64,000 bases of DNA from an uncultured Chloroflexia bacterium (lineage in GTDB: Bacteria; Chloroflexota; Anaerolineae; B4-G1; SLSP01): assembly GCA_963751345.1 (NCBI GenBank), contig CAVVUS010000018.1, positions 289,366 through 353,365 on the forward strand, written 5' to 3'. The notes beneath the pieces were generated by a model. That model was not told the DNA's origin. It saw nothing but the letters and a program-made list of their open reading frames with translations, and did not search any database. The stretch's first letter is position 1. Every line of letters starts with the position of its first letter. Shown in pieces: positions 18,733-27,944 of the stretch. The position numbers were made by a program, and so were the translations under genes.

Positions 18733-20202
18733 TCAGTTGAAGACGTCCAACGCGGCGTCGGGCGCGTCGATCTCGTGCAACCACGCAATGAGCTTCGCGT
18801 GCATGTCGGCACCGACCTCCGCCTGATCGGCGATCACGTTCGTCTCGGCATAGGGATCGGTTTCGAGATCAAATAGCTCCGCAGTTCCCTCCTGCCCGAT
18901 GGGGGCGTAGGCCCATTTCTGTGTGTAGACAACGGGGGTGTTCGCGGTCGACGGTACTTCCCCGTCTTGGTTGCGAAGGAAGGATCCGCAGATCGCCCAG
19001 TCGCGGATAGCAGGCTGCGCCTCGCCTCTCAGGCCGGACGCAAAGGAGCGACCATGGAAAGGCACCGGCGGCGTCACCTGCAGGCCGTTGAGCTCCAGCA
19101 GCGTGGGCAGGATGTCGGCCGGCTGAGCCAGCAGATCGACCGTCGTCCCACCCTGTAGCCCCGGCGCTGCAATCAGGAAGGGAATATGGGCGAGCTCGGG
19201 GTAGAGAGGCCAGCGCCGCTCGTCCCGGTCGTTGATGTTGCTCTTCCCGGTGCGGTCGTGCTCTCCCAGGCTCATGCCGTGGTCGGTGGTGAAGATGACG
19301 ATGGTGGAGTCCCAGAGCGCCAAGTCATCCACTTTCTGGAGAATACGGCCGACCCAGCGGTCGATCAGTTCGGCCTCCGCACAGTAGTGCGCGCGCAGAT
19401 TGCGCAGTTCGTCGGGCGTGTAATCACTCGCGTGACCATAGTTCGGGTGCAACATCGGTGCGCCGGTATAGCCGGGGTTGTACTTCCTCACCATATACTC
19501 CGGCGGGTCCCAGGGCTCGTGGGGGTCGAAGAAATCTACCCAGAGGAGGAAAGGACGAAAATCGTCGTTTTCCTCCAGCCATCGCGCCACATGTGCTGAA
19601 GTACGGTACGGGAACGAGTCCTCCTCACAGCGGTAGTAGCGGTTTGTCCAGCGATGAAGGTCGACCAGGACGTGATCCTGGAAGTGATGGCCCGCGCGTG
19701 TCTTTTCCCGTGCCATGACGGGCTGGATGGGGTCGTTCATATGCAGGAACGGCATGTCGCCTTCCTGCCCGCGGACCTGGTAAGCACCGTTGAAGGCGCG
19801 GTTAAAGCCGAAGTTGAAAAGATGGGGACAGTCACAGATGAGTTGGGTAACGTAGCCCTCTTTGTTGAGCAGTTGGGGCATGACGTTTTCCTCGGCCAAC
19901 TGCTGCCAGGGGATCCAGGGCCAGCCAAAGCGCCCTGAGATCAGGTCCGTTCTCTCGGGTATCGTGGGGAAGCTGCCCGTGTAGAAGTTCGACATGCTGA
20001 CCGCACGCTCGGAGAACGCGTCGAGGTTGGGAGTCGCGACCGGCATAGCCGCACGGTCGAAAAGGTTGTCGTAGCGATAGGTATCAGAGTTGACGATGAT
20101 GATATTGTAGGGTCGGTCAGGCGTCTGGGACGGGTGAATTTCCTTGGTTCGTGCGTCCTGGTATTCCGGACCGGTCAGTTTCTTAGGTCCTTGGACGGAC
20201 AT
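18733..20202 (-). CDS. Sulfatase-like hydrolase, Thr at the nucleophile position
   Basis: NIIIVNSDTYRYD, TPNLD, TIPER, FDPHEPWDPP, TTDHG, ELFDLETDP; AAGGAGG RBS. Confidence 0.9.
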   Translation of the reverse strand: MSVQGPKKLTGPEYQDARTKEIHPSQTPDRPYNIIIVNSDTYRYDNLFDRAAMPVATPNLDAFSERAVSMSNFYTGSFPTIPERTDLISGRFGWPWIPWQQLAEENVMPQLLNKEGYVTQLICDCPHLFNFGFNRAFNGAYQVRGQEGDMPFLHMNDPIQPVMAREKTRAGHHFQDHVLVDLHRWTNRYYRCEEDSFPYRTSAHVARWLEENDDFRPFLLWVDFFDPHEPWDPPEYMVRKYNPGYTGAPMLHPNYGHASDYTPDELRNLRAHYCAEAELIDRWVGRILQKVDDLALWDSTIVIFTTDHGMSLGEHDRTGKSNINDRDERRWPLYPELAHIPFLIAAPGLQGGTTVDLLAQPADILPTLLELNGLQVTPPVPFHGRSFASGLRGEAQPAIRDWAICGSFLRNQDGEVPSTANTPVVYTQKWAYAPIGQEGTAELFDLETDPYAETNVIADQAEVGADMHAKLIAWLHEIDAPDAALDVFN

Positions 20203-20247
20203 AAGGCTGCCTCCTTTATTCGGTAGGGTTTGTGCATGGAGACTGCG

Positions 20248-20619
20248 TCACTGCCTGGGCATACCACGGCTGGCGACGATGTCAATGCCCGTGTCGAGGG
20301 CGTTCTCCAGGATGACCTGGTCGGCGACGATGGGCGCCTCGACCTCGATCTGACGGATCCTCGCCAGCAGGTCGAAGATCATCGGTTTGGGAAAGGGCGC
20401 CTTGGTATAAACCGGAACCAATGGGTGAAGTCCGCCTTTGACACGCACCGTGGTGGCGACCATACGGCGCGGGTCGGTCAGCTCGCGTTGCACGTAGGCC
20501 AGCCCGCGGTTGCACGTGTTGCCCTCGACGTGGAGGACGGTGTCGCCATCGTGGGTGACCTCAAGGGAACACCCCATCGGGCATGTGATACAGATCAGGC
20601 TCTCGGTGATCTCGGTCAT
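20248..20619 (-). CDS. DUF1667-type small Cys-rich subunit of the glycerol-3-phosphate oxidation block
   Basis: CITCPMGC, GNTCNRG, ELTDPRR..TTV. Confidence 0.88.
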   Translation of the reverse strand: MTEITESLICITCPMGCSLEVTHDGDTVLHVEGNTCNRGLAYVQRELTDPRRMVATTVRVKGGLHPLVPVYTKAPFPKPMIFDLLARIRQIEVEAPIVADQVILENALDTGIDIVASRGMPRQ

Positions 20620-20652
20620 GCTTTGCGGCTGTCCTTTCTCTTACCCCTCGAG

Positions 20653-22007
20653 TCAGCGCGGGGTCACGCTGACCCGCAGTTCGTTGGCAATCCGAACCTT
20701 GTCGTAATCGCGCTGACGCAGTTGATGTTGACCATTTCGCCGGGCCGCGCGTAGCGCGCCCCGCGTTGAGCAATCAGTGTTTCGCCATCGCGGACCTCGA
20801 TGCGGACAGGTTGCTCGATGGGTTCTGTAACGCGCAGCTGTAGGCGCACGTCCGCTTCGGTGAGCCGCTCGGGATTGACGTGATGTGGCACGACGTAGCG
20901 CACGTGCTCACCTGCGGCGGTGGCAATAGGAGGTGATGCGGGCAGGCAGGCTGTGCCCATCGCGTAGCACGCTGCGCGCTCCCCCGCAACGTTTCCGGCT
21001 TCGGTGACCCAATCTACCAGGTCATATACGTGCACGACGTTGCCGGCGGCGAAAACACCGGGCACGCTGGTCTGATACCCCTCATCGACGTAGGGACCTC
21101 CCGTGACGGGGTCCAGCAGGACACCGATCTTCTGAGAGAGCTCGTTCTCCGGGATCAAGCCGACGGAGAGAAGCAGCGTATCACAGGGAATGATCTCCTC
21201 CGTGCCCGGTATGGGCTGCCAGCGCTCGTCCACGGCAACCGCTTCCACGGCCTCCACACGATCGCCGCCCATGATGCGCTTGACCGTATGCCTGAGCTGC
21301 AGGGGAATATCGAAGTCCAGCAGACACTGGACATAGTTACGGCTCAGGCCCGTCAGGTAGGGCATTACCTCCAGCACGCGCTCGACTTTGGCCCCCTCGA
21401 AGGTGAGCCTGCGGGCCATGATCATCCCGATGTCGCCCGAGCCCAGGATCACGACATGCTTGCCGGGCATATAGCCCTCGACGTTCACCCATCGTTGGGC
21501 TGTCCCGGCACTATAGACGCCTGCAGGCCGCATACCGGGGATCCGGATCTGTGCCCGCGTGCGCTCCCGGCATCCCATGGCCAGCACGATAGCCGTCGCC
21601 TCGATCTCAGTAAACCCGCTGTTAGTGCCTGCGGTGTATAGCTTGTGCGAGTGGGGACCTCCGCCCGTCCGGCTTGCTTGGATGTCCAGGACCATCGTGT
21701 CGAGCAGTGTGTCGATGTCGAGGCCGCGCGCTCGGTCGATAAACCGCTGCGCGTAGCCGGGCCCGGGCAGATCCTCCCCGAAGACCTCCAGGCCAAAGCC
21801 ATTGTGAATGCACTGCAGCAGAATGCCGCCCAATTCCAGGTCGCGCTCGACGATCAGCACATGGTCGGCGCCCGCTTCCTTCGCAGAGATGGCGGCAGCA
21901 AGGCCTCCCGGACCGCTGCCGATCACGACGACGTCATAGCGAGGGCGTAGTCCCGGTACTCCGGAGCGGATCCCCGGGCTCTGTTTCACAACCGTCAACC
22001 CGGGCAT
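20653..22007 (-). CDS. NAD(P)/FAD-dependent oxidoreductase subunit; 1-nt deletion near 20722 alters the last ~25 residues
   Basis: GSGPGG, GGILLQCIHNGFGL, GCRER, GSGDIG, GNVVHVYDLVD. Restoring one base gives ...PGEMVNI(K/N)LRQRDYDKVRIANELRVSVTPR* ending at 20653. Confidence 0.88.
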
Positions 22008-22008
22008 A

Positions 22009-23574
22009 TCACGCCGCCCCCACGTTCTTCGTCTTCCGCACCAACAGTTCGGACGCCGGGCCCTTCTTGCTCACGTCCAATGGATCGATGCCCAGCTCGC
22101 GTGCGATGATTTCCACCACACGGGGCATGTCAAAGGCTCCCTGGCAGCGACCCGTGCCCAGCCAGGTCCGCCGCTTGATGGCATCATACGTGTCCGCGGG
22201 AATTGGCGCGTGAATCTCAGCGACGATCTCGCCCTCCATCACCGTCTCGCAGCGGCAGATGATCCGGCCATACCGGGGATCCTGCTTCACGAGCTCTCCC
22301 TGCTCGGCGTGCGTCAGGTGCCGGAAGACGGGCCGTGCCGTGCGGCGGGCATTCCAGTCGGGCTTTGCCCGCAATGACTCACCGGCCTGTGCGAGCAGTG
22401 CGACGACGCGTGCAGCGATGGCCGGGGCCGCGGTGAGTCCGGGCGATTCGATGCCGCCCAGATTGACCAGTCCATCGACCTCTGCCGGGATCTCGATGAT
22501 GAAGTCCTTGCGATAGGCGACGCTCGGGTCGGGCGAGGGTGCGTTGCCGCCGGGACGCAGCCCCGCAAAGAGCGCGATAATGTGGCGCTGGTTGAGCGAG
22601 GGCACCAGTTTGCGCGCGCCCTCCCAGACCTCGTGTAATCCCGACGCGGTGACCGCCGTGTTCTCTTTATCCTCGATCTCCTCGGCATTGGGACCCACGA
22701 TGGTGTTCCCGTGTACGGTCGTCGTGACCAGAATCCCCTTGCTGACCTTGGTAGGAACCGGGAAGAGCACCGTGTCCAGGGCGAAGAGATTGCGATCGAG
22801 AACGTAGTACTCGCCGCGCCGCGGCGTAATGTGGAACTCGGGCCGAACTCCGGCTTTATGCATCACGGCATCGGCGTAGAGGCCAGCGGCATTGATGACC
22901 CACCGTGAGGTGAAGTCGCCCCGGTCGGTCTTGATGCCAACAACCCGCCGCCGTTCTCCCTCCCCGTCCTTCCCCCGGAGGGGGAGGGGGTCCCAGAGGA
23001 AGTCCTCGAAGCTCGTCAGGCGCTTCAGAACCACACCGTTTACGACGGCGTTCTCCGCAGCCGCCAGCGTGGCACCCCAGGGGTCACAGACGCCGCCAAT
23101 GGGACAGTAGAGGGCCCCGCTGACCTCGGGGTTGATCTTGGGTTCGCGGCGGCGCATCTCCTCGCCGGAGATGATCTCGACGGGGACCCCGTTGGCGACA
23201 CCGTGAGCGGCCTGAACTTCCAGCTCCGACCTTTCCTCCGGGCCAATCGCTACGACGTAGGTCCCACTGCGATCGAAGCTGAAGCCCAATTCCTCCGCCA
23301 GTTGATCCCACAGACCGTTCCCCAGGACGTTCAGCTCGGCCTTGAGCGTGCCCGGCTCTGCTGCGTATCCACCATGGATGATGGCGGAATTGGCCGACGT
23401 AGCCCCGGTACAGATATCCGCTTCTTTCTCTATCCAGAGGATGTCCAAGTCATAGCGCGAGAGGGCCCTGGCGATCATTGCCCCAACCACGCCGGCGCCT
23501 ATGATGATGATGTCGAAGTCGGCTTCCGATCTGCGGCTGACCGGATTGGCCACGGATTGTATGCCCAATGTCAC
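22009..23574 (-). CDS. FAD-dependent oxidoreductase with C-terminal BFD-like [2Fe-2S] domain (glycerol-3-phosphate dehydrogenase subunit, LhgO/GlpA-like)
   Basis: IIGAGVVG, SANSAIIHGG, INAAGLYAD, IESPGLT, ICRCE...GRCQG; directly follows glpK. Confidence 0.9.
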   Translation of the reverse strand: MTLGIQSVANPVSRRSEADFDIIIIGAGVVGAMIARALSRYDLDILWIEKEADICTGATSANSAIIHGGYAAEPGTLKAELNVLGNGLWDQLAEELGFSFDRSGTYVVAIGPEERSELEVQAAHGVANGVPVEIISGEEMRRREPKINPEVSGALYCPIGGVCDPWGATLAAAENAVVNGVVLKRLTSFEDFLWDPLPLRGKDGEGERRRVVGIKTDRGDFTSRWVINAAGLYADAVMHKAGVRPEFHITPRRGEYYVLDRNLFALDTVLFPVPTKVSKGILVTTTVHGNTIVGPNAEEIEDKENTAVTASGLHEVWEGARKLVPSLNQRHIIALFAGLRPGGNAPSPDPSVAYRKDFIIEIPAEVDGLVNLGGIESPGLTAAPAIAARVVALLAQAGESLRAKPDWNARRTARPVFRHLTHAEQGELVKQDPRYGRIICRCETVMEGEIVAEIHAPIPADTYDAIKRRTWLGTGRCQGAFDMPRVVEIIARELGIDPLDVSKKGPASELLVRKTKNVGAA

Positions 23575-23597
23575 CTCTCTATTGGGGGATCTCAGGG

Positions 23598-25118
23598 CTA
23601 GTTCTCGACCCAGTCCAGCGTGCGGGTCACTGCTCTCTTCCAGCCGTCGTACAACCGTTCGCGCATTGCAGCATGCATCGCCGGCTCAAATGTGCGGTCG
23701 ACGCCCCAATTCTCACGCAGAGCCTCGGTATCGGACCAGAACCCCACGGCGAGGCCGGCTGCGTAGGCAGCACCGAGGGCCGTCGTCTCGGTGACGGTGG
23801 GCCGGATGACGGGCACGCCCAGGATATCGGCCTGAAACTGCATCAGGAGTTCGTTGGCAACCATGCCGCCGTCAACTTTGAGCGTCTCAACCGGCACCCC
23901 TGAATCTCCGGCCATGGCCTCGATCACGTCCCTGGTCTGGTACGCCGTAGCCTCCAGCGCTGCCCGGCAGATGTGCTGTTTGGTGATGTAGCGTGTCAGA
24001 CCCACCATGACGCCGCGGGCATCGCTGCGCCAGTAGGGGGCGAAGAGGCCCGAAAAGGCGGGCACGACGTACATCCCACCCGAGTCGTCGACCTGGCGGG
24101 CAAGGTCCTCGATCTGCGGTGCCCTGGTGAAGAACCCCAGGTTGTCCCGCAGCCACTGCACGAGCGCGCCGGTAACCGCGATGGAGCCCTCCAGGGCATA
24201 GACCGCGGGGTCATCGCCAAATTGGTACCCTACGGTGGTCAATAGCCCGTGCTCGGACGGGACGATCTCAGTCCCCGTGTTCAGGAGCATAAAGCAGCCT
24301 GTACCGTAGGTGTTCTTAGCCTCGCCGGGCGAGAAGCAGGTCTGGCCGACAAGCGCGGCCTGCTGATCGCCGAGGCTGCCTGTGACCGGGATGCTCTCGC
24401 CAAAAGGCCCATCGCCTCGCGTGAAGCCGTAGGGATGTGCCGCGCTTGAGGGCCGAATCTCCGGCAGCATCGGCGCAGGAATGCCGAGAATCTGGCGTAT
24501 GCCATCGTCCCAGTCGAGGGAGTGCAGATCCATCAGCATCGTGCGACTGGCGTTCGTCACGTCGGTGACGTGAGTCCCTCCTTGGGGCCCTCCCGTCAGC
24601 CACCAGATGATCCAGCTATCGATCGTGCCGAAGAGCGCGTCCCCGTGGTCCGCTGCCTCTCGTACCGCCGGGACGTTCTGAAGCAGCCATGCGAGTTTCG
24701 GCCCGGCGAAATAGGTAGCCAGCGGGAGGCCTACCTTGGGGCGGAAACGATCCTGGCCCCCCTCGGCTGCCAGCGCATCGCAGATACCCTTCGTGCGTGT
24801 ATCCTGCCAGACGATCGCGTTGTAGAGTGGGCGGCCCGTGCGACGATCCCACACGACCGTCGTCTCGCGCTGGTTGGTGATGCCTATAGCGGCGATTCTG
24901 CCGCTCGAGATGTTGCCCTGGGTAAGGGTCTGGCGAATGACCTTCTGGCACGTCTCCCAGATTTCCATCGGGTCGTGCTCCACCCAGCCCGGCCGAGGCG
25001 TGATTTGCCGGTGCTCCTCGTAGGACCAGATGACAGGCTGCCCTCCGCGGTCGAATAGAATGCAGCGTGTGCCGGTTGTGCCTTGATCGAGGGCTGCGAT
25101 GTACTCAGCCTCTGCCAT
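23598..25118 (-). CDS. glpK: Glycerol kinase
   Basis: [53 protein letters not shown]. Confidence 0.97.
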   Translation of the reverse strand: MAEAEYIAALDQGTTGTRCILFDRGGQPVIWSYEEHRQITPRPGWVEHDPMEIWETCQKVIRQTLTQGNISSGRIAAIGITNQRETTVVWDRRTGRPLYNAIVWQDTRTKGICDALAAEGGQDRFRPKVGLPLATYFAGPKLAWLLQNVPAVREAADHGDALFGTIDSWIIWWLTGGPQGGTHVTDVTNASRTMLMDLHSLDWDDGIRQILGIPAPMLPEIRPSSAAHPYGFTRGDGPFGESIPVTGSLGDQQAALVGQTCFSPGEAKNTYGTGCFMLLNTGTEIVPSEHGLLTTVGYQFGDDPAVYALEGSIAVTGALVQWLRDNLGFFTRAPQIEDLARQVDDSGGMYVVPAFSGLFAPYWRSDARGVMVGLTRYITKQHICRAALEATAYQTRDVIEAMAGDSGVPVETLKVDGGMVANELLMQFQADILGVPVIRPTVTETTALGAAYAAGLAVGFWSDTEALRENWGVDRTFEPAMHAAMRERLYDGWKRAVTRTLDWVEN

Positions 25119-25198
25119 CGGGACCTCCGAGTTGCGTGACGGGTGGACTGTGGCCGCACCCGGATTATAACCCGGCGGTCGGGCTTGTCGAATGGCCG

Positions 25199-27667
25199 TC
25201 AGTTGCGGACTATCAACGGCAGAAAGACCAGAGCTCGCACGAAGACCGACTGCCCGGCGCTCCAGGGACTGTTGCCTGAGGGCGTCACGGCCCGTACGCG
25301 ATAGTACCAGGTACCCCCCGGCTGGTTCATAACGACGTGCTGCGTCAGGGTCCCTGTGTAAGCGAGTGCGGTCGTTGCGAAGTAGGCTGACCTGCTTTGC
25401 TCGAGCAAGTACCCTGTGGCCGTCGTCACCGCGGTCCACTGGACGACGTAAGCGCCATCGTCATCTGTGTTGCTGATGGGGTAGAGCTGTGGCGCGGGCA
25501 CGAGGGGTACGGTTACCGTGATGTCCCGAGTGTTGCTCGGCGGGCTGAAACCGGCCTGGTTGTAGGCCTCGACACGATAGTACCACCGCCCACTGGGCTG
25601 TCCGGTGACAGTGTAGGTTGTGCCGATCCCGAGGTAGCGGTTGATGGTGCTGGCGAATGTTGCGCTGGATGATTCCTCGAGCCGGTATCCGGTTGCGCCT
25701 GTGGCGCTAGACCAACTGAGCGTATAGGCATCAGCGGCCGTGCCGGGCACGACTGCGGCAAGCGTCGGTGCCGCCGGCTTGACCACCACGGACTGTGGCG
25801 TACTCCAGTCACCCGAGCCCGACGTGGTGTAGGCCTGGACACGATAGTACCATGTTCCTCCTGGCTGACCGGTGACGTCGTAACTGAGGACGTCCCCGAC
25901 GTCGTACGTCGATGGGATGGAGAAGTCCGCAGCCGGCGATTCTTGGAGGCGGTAGCCGGTTGCCCCGAACACGCTTTGCCAGGCGACCTGATAGGTAGCC
26001 GCCCCCCCATTGTTGATCGGCTGGAGGATCGGGGTGCCCAGCACGACCTGTAAGGACTCGATGTTGCTCCAGGCGCTGACGTTTCCCGAGCCGGATCGTT
26101 CTGCCCGCACGCGATAGTACCACGTGCCGAGGGGGCTGGCGAGCTGTACGGTGCTTGTCGCACCGCTGTAGCGAGTGACCGGTGAATTGAAGGACGGGTT
26201 ATCGTCCTCCTCAAGGATGTAAGTCGTGGCATTGGGCACGTCGGACCAGTCTACCCAATAGACGCCGTCGTGCTCCGGGTCGCTGATCGGCAGGAGCGTC
26301 GGGGGTGAGAGGACGAGGAGGCTTTCCACAGCCGCCAGGGCGTCGATCCGCCCCCATCCGAAATACTGATCCCAACCAGGGCTCCCCAGATCCACGGCTG
26401 TTGTCTCGATCGTCTGCTCCACCTGATCCGGCGTAAAGCTGGGCTCCATCGACCAAACTAGGGCCGCCAGACCCGACACGAAGGGTGTAGCCTGTGAGGT
26501 GCCCTGCATGAAGTCGTACTGCTGGAAATAGTTGCAGGTGGGCGCGCTATTGAGCGTGACCGCATAGGTGGGTAGGGTGCTGTAGATGCCCAATGGCGAG
26601 TGACACATAGTCATAGCACCACCGGGGGCAGCGATGTCATTGTCGGAGCCGTAATTCGAGTACGGAGCGCGAAGGTCGCCTTGGTCGGTAGCCGACACAG
26701 CCATAACAACTTGGTCATATGCGGCGGGGTAACTGGGGGCTACACTGTTCAGGTTTCCCATCGCGGCGACGACGAGCAGCCCCGCGTTGTGCGCGCTCGT
26801 AACCGCATCCAGAAGCGTCTGCGAGCCACTTGTGCCCCCAAGACTGAGATTGACGATCTGGGCACCCATGACCTCTGCCCAGCCAATGGCTGCGGCCACA
26901 TCGGCCGTATTGCCATTGCCGTCTGCGTCCAGCACGCGAAGCGGCATGATCTTTGCTCCCCACGACATGCCTGCCACGCCGACGCTGTTGTTGCTCACGG
27001 CCGCCGCAATACCGGCCACGTGTGTTCCGTGGCCGTTCAGATCGTGGGGATTACTGTCGTTGTCAATGTAGTCGTAGCCGGGTACGATTTTCGCGGCCAG
27101 ATCGGGGTGACTCTCGTCGATGCCGGTGTCGATGATAGCGATCGTGACGCTCGTCGAACCCGTGACGATATCCCATGCCGCGGGTGCCTGGATCTTCGTG
27201 TAGGCCCATTGGGACGTATAGCCGGGGTCGTTGGGTGTGGCAGAGGCGTGGACGACGTAGTTAGGCTCGGCATATCGGACCTGAGGATTGGCACTCAGGG
27301 CCCGGATCACGGTCAGCTCCTGTCCCTCGGGCACCGTTACAATATCCACGTCGTTCTTGAGCATGGCAGCGACGCCTGGTGTCATTGTGTCGGCGGAGAC
27401 GCCGGCAGTGATGTCGCCATAGATGGTTCCGTCACGCACTGCGCCGTAGGGCCGAAGCACGGACCCCTTGGCGGCATCGCTCAAGGGCACGCCCCCCGGC
27501 CCCGGCTTGAAGGCGACCAGTACCTCTCCGGGTACGTAGGCAGATGCCGGTTCGGCAGCGAGTGGTGCGCTCCCGGTCGCGGGTATCGGCCGGCCCGCCA
27601 GTAGCGAGAGGCTGACCAGGCCCAAGAGGGCCGAAAGGGCAACTCGTACCCGACGACGATGTCTCAT
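25199..27667 (-). CDS. Secreted subtilisin/thermitase-like S8 serine peptidase with four FN3-like repeats and C-terminal FLPLI motif
   Basis: Signal peptide; catalytic IIDTGID, HGTHVAG, GTSQATP; four repeats ending WYYRV; C-terminus [10 protein letters not shown]. Confidence 0.94.
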   Translation of the reverse strand: MRHRRRVRVALSALLGLVSLSLLAGRPIPATGSAPLAAEPASAYVPGEVLVAFKPGPGGVPLSDAAKGSVLRPYGAVRDGTIYGDITAGVSADTMTPGVAAMLKNDVDIVTVPEGQELTVIRALSANPQVRYAEPNYVVHASATPNDPGYTSQWAYTKIQAPAAWDIVTGSTSVTIAIIDTGIDESHPDLAAKIVPGYDYIDNDSNPHDLNGHGTHVAGIAAAVSNNSVGVAGMSWGAKIMPLRVLDADGNGNTADVAAAIGWAEVMGAQIVNLSLGGTSGSQTLLDAVTSAHNAGLLVVAAMGNLNSVAPSYPAAYDQVVMAVSATDQGDLRAPYSNYGSDNDIAAPGGAMTMCHSPLGIYSTLPTYAVTLNSAPTCNYFQQYDFMQGTSQATPFVSGLAALVWSMEPSFTPDQVEQTIETTAVDLGSPGWDQYFGWGRIDALAAVESLLVLSPPTLLPISDPEHDGVYWVDWSDVPNATTYILEEDDNPSFNSPVTRYSGATSTVQLASPLGTWYYRVRAERSGSGNVSAWSNIESLQVVLGTPILQPINNGGAATYQVAWQSVFGATGYRLQESPAADFSIPSTYDVGDVLSYDVTGQPGGTWYYRVQAYTTSGSGDWSTPQSVVVKPAAPTLAAVVPGTAADAYTLSWSSATGATGYRLEESSSATFASTINRYLGIGTTYTVTGQPSGRWYYRVEAYNQAGFSPPSNTRDITVTVPLVPAPQLYPISNTDDDGAYVVQWTAVTTATGYLLEQSRSAYFATTALAYTGTLTQHVVMNQPGGTWYYRVRAVTPSGNSPWSAGQSVFVRALVFLPLIVRN

Positions 27668-27828
27668 CTCATGTCCTCCTTGCTCTTTTTCGAGCCGGGG
27701 CAGGATCAGCCATGTAATCGAGCCGGATGCTGATCTGTCTCATTCCATTGTATGAGTGACTTGGTTCCTACCATTCTACAGTATAGTATAGCGTCGATGA
27801 TCGGCGGAAAAAGTCTTAGGGCGATCGC

Positions 27829-27857
27829 TTGCTAGATCCAGCCGGCGGCGGTACAAT
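27829..27857 (+). promoter_or_regulatory. Sigma70-type promoter for glyA-gcvT
   Basis: TTGCTA-17-TACAAT. Confidence 0.55.
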
Positions 27858-27944
27858 TTACTTATAAATGGTCTACTAAACATTCGGCCCCGGATGCGGT
27901 CACTGAGACCCTATGCCCGGTGGCTACAAAATCGGGAGGCAAGC

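Noticed and set aside
27668-27944. Glycine, ZTP or THF riboswitch upstream of glyA-gcvT
   Set aside because: No GGAGA/CCGAAG/CTCTCAGG or pfl-type motifs are visible, and the leader after the promoter is short.
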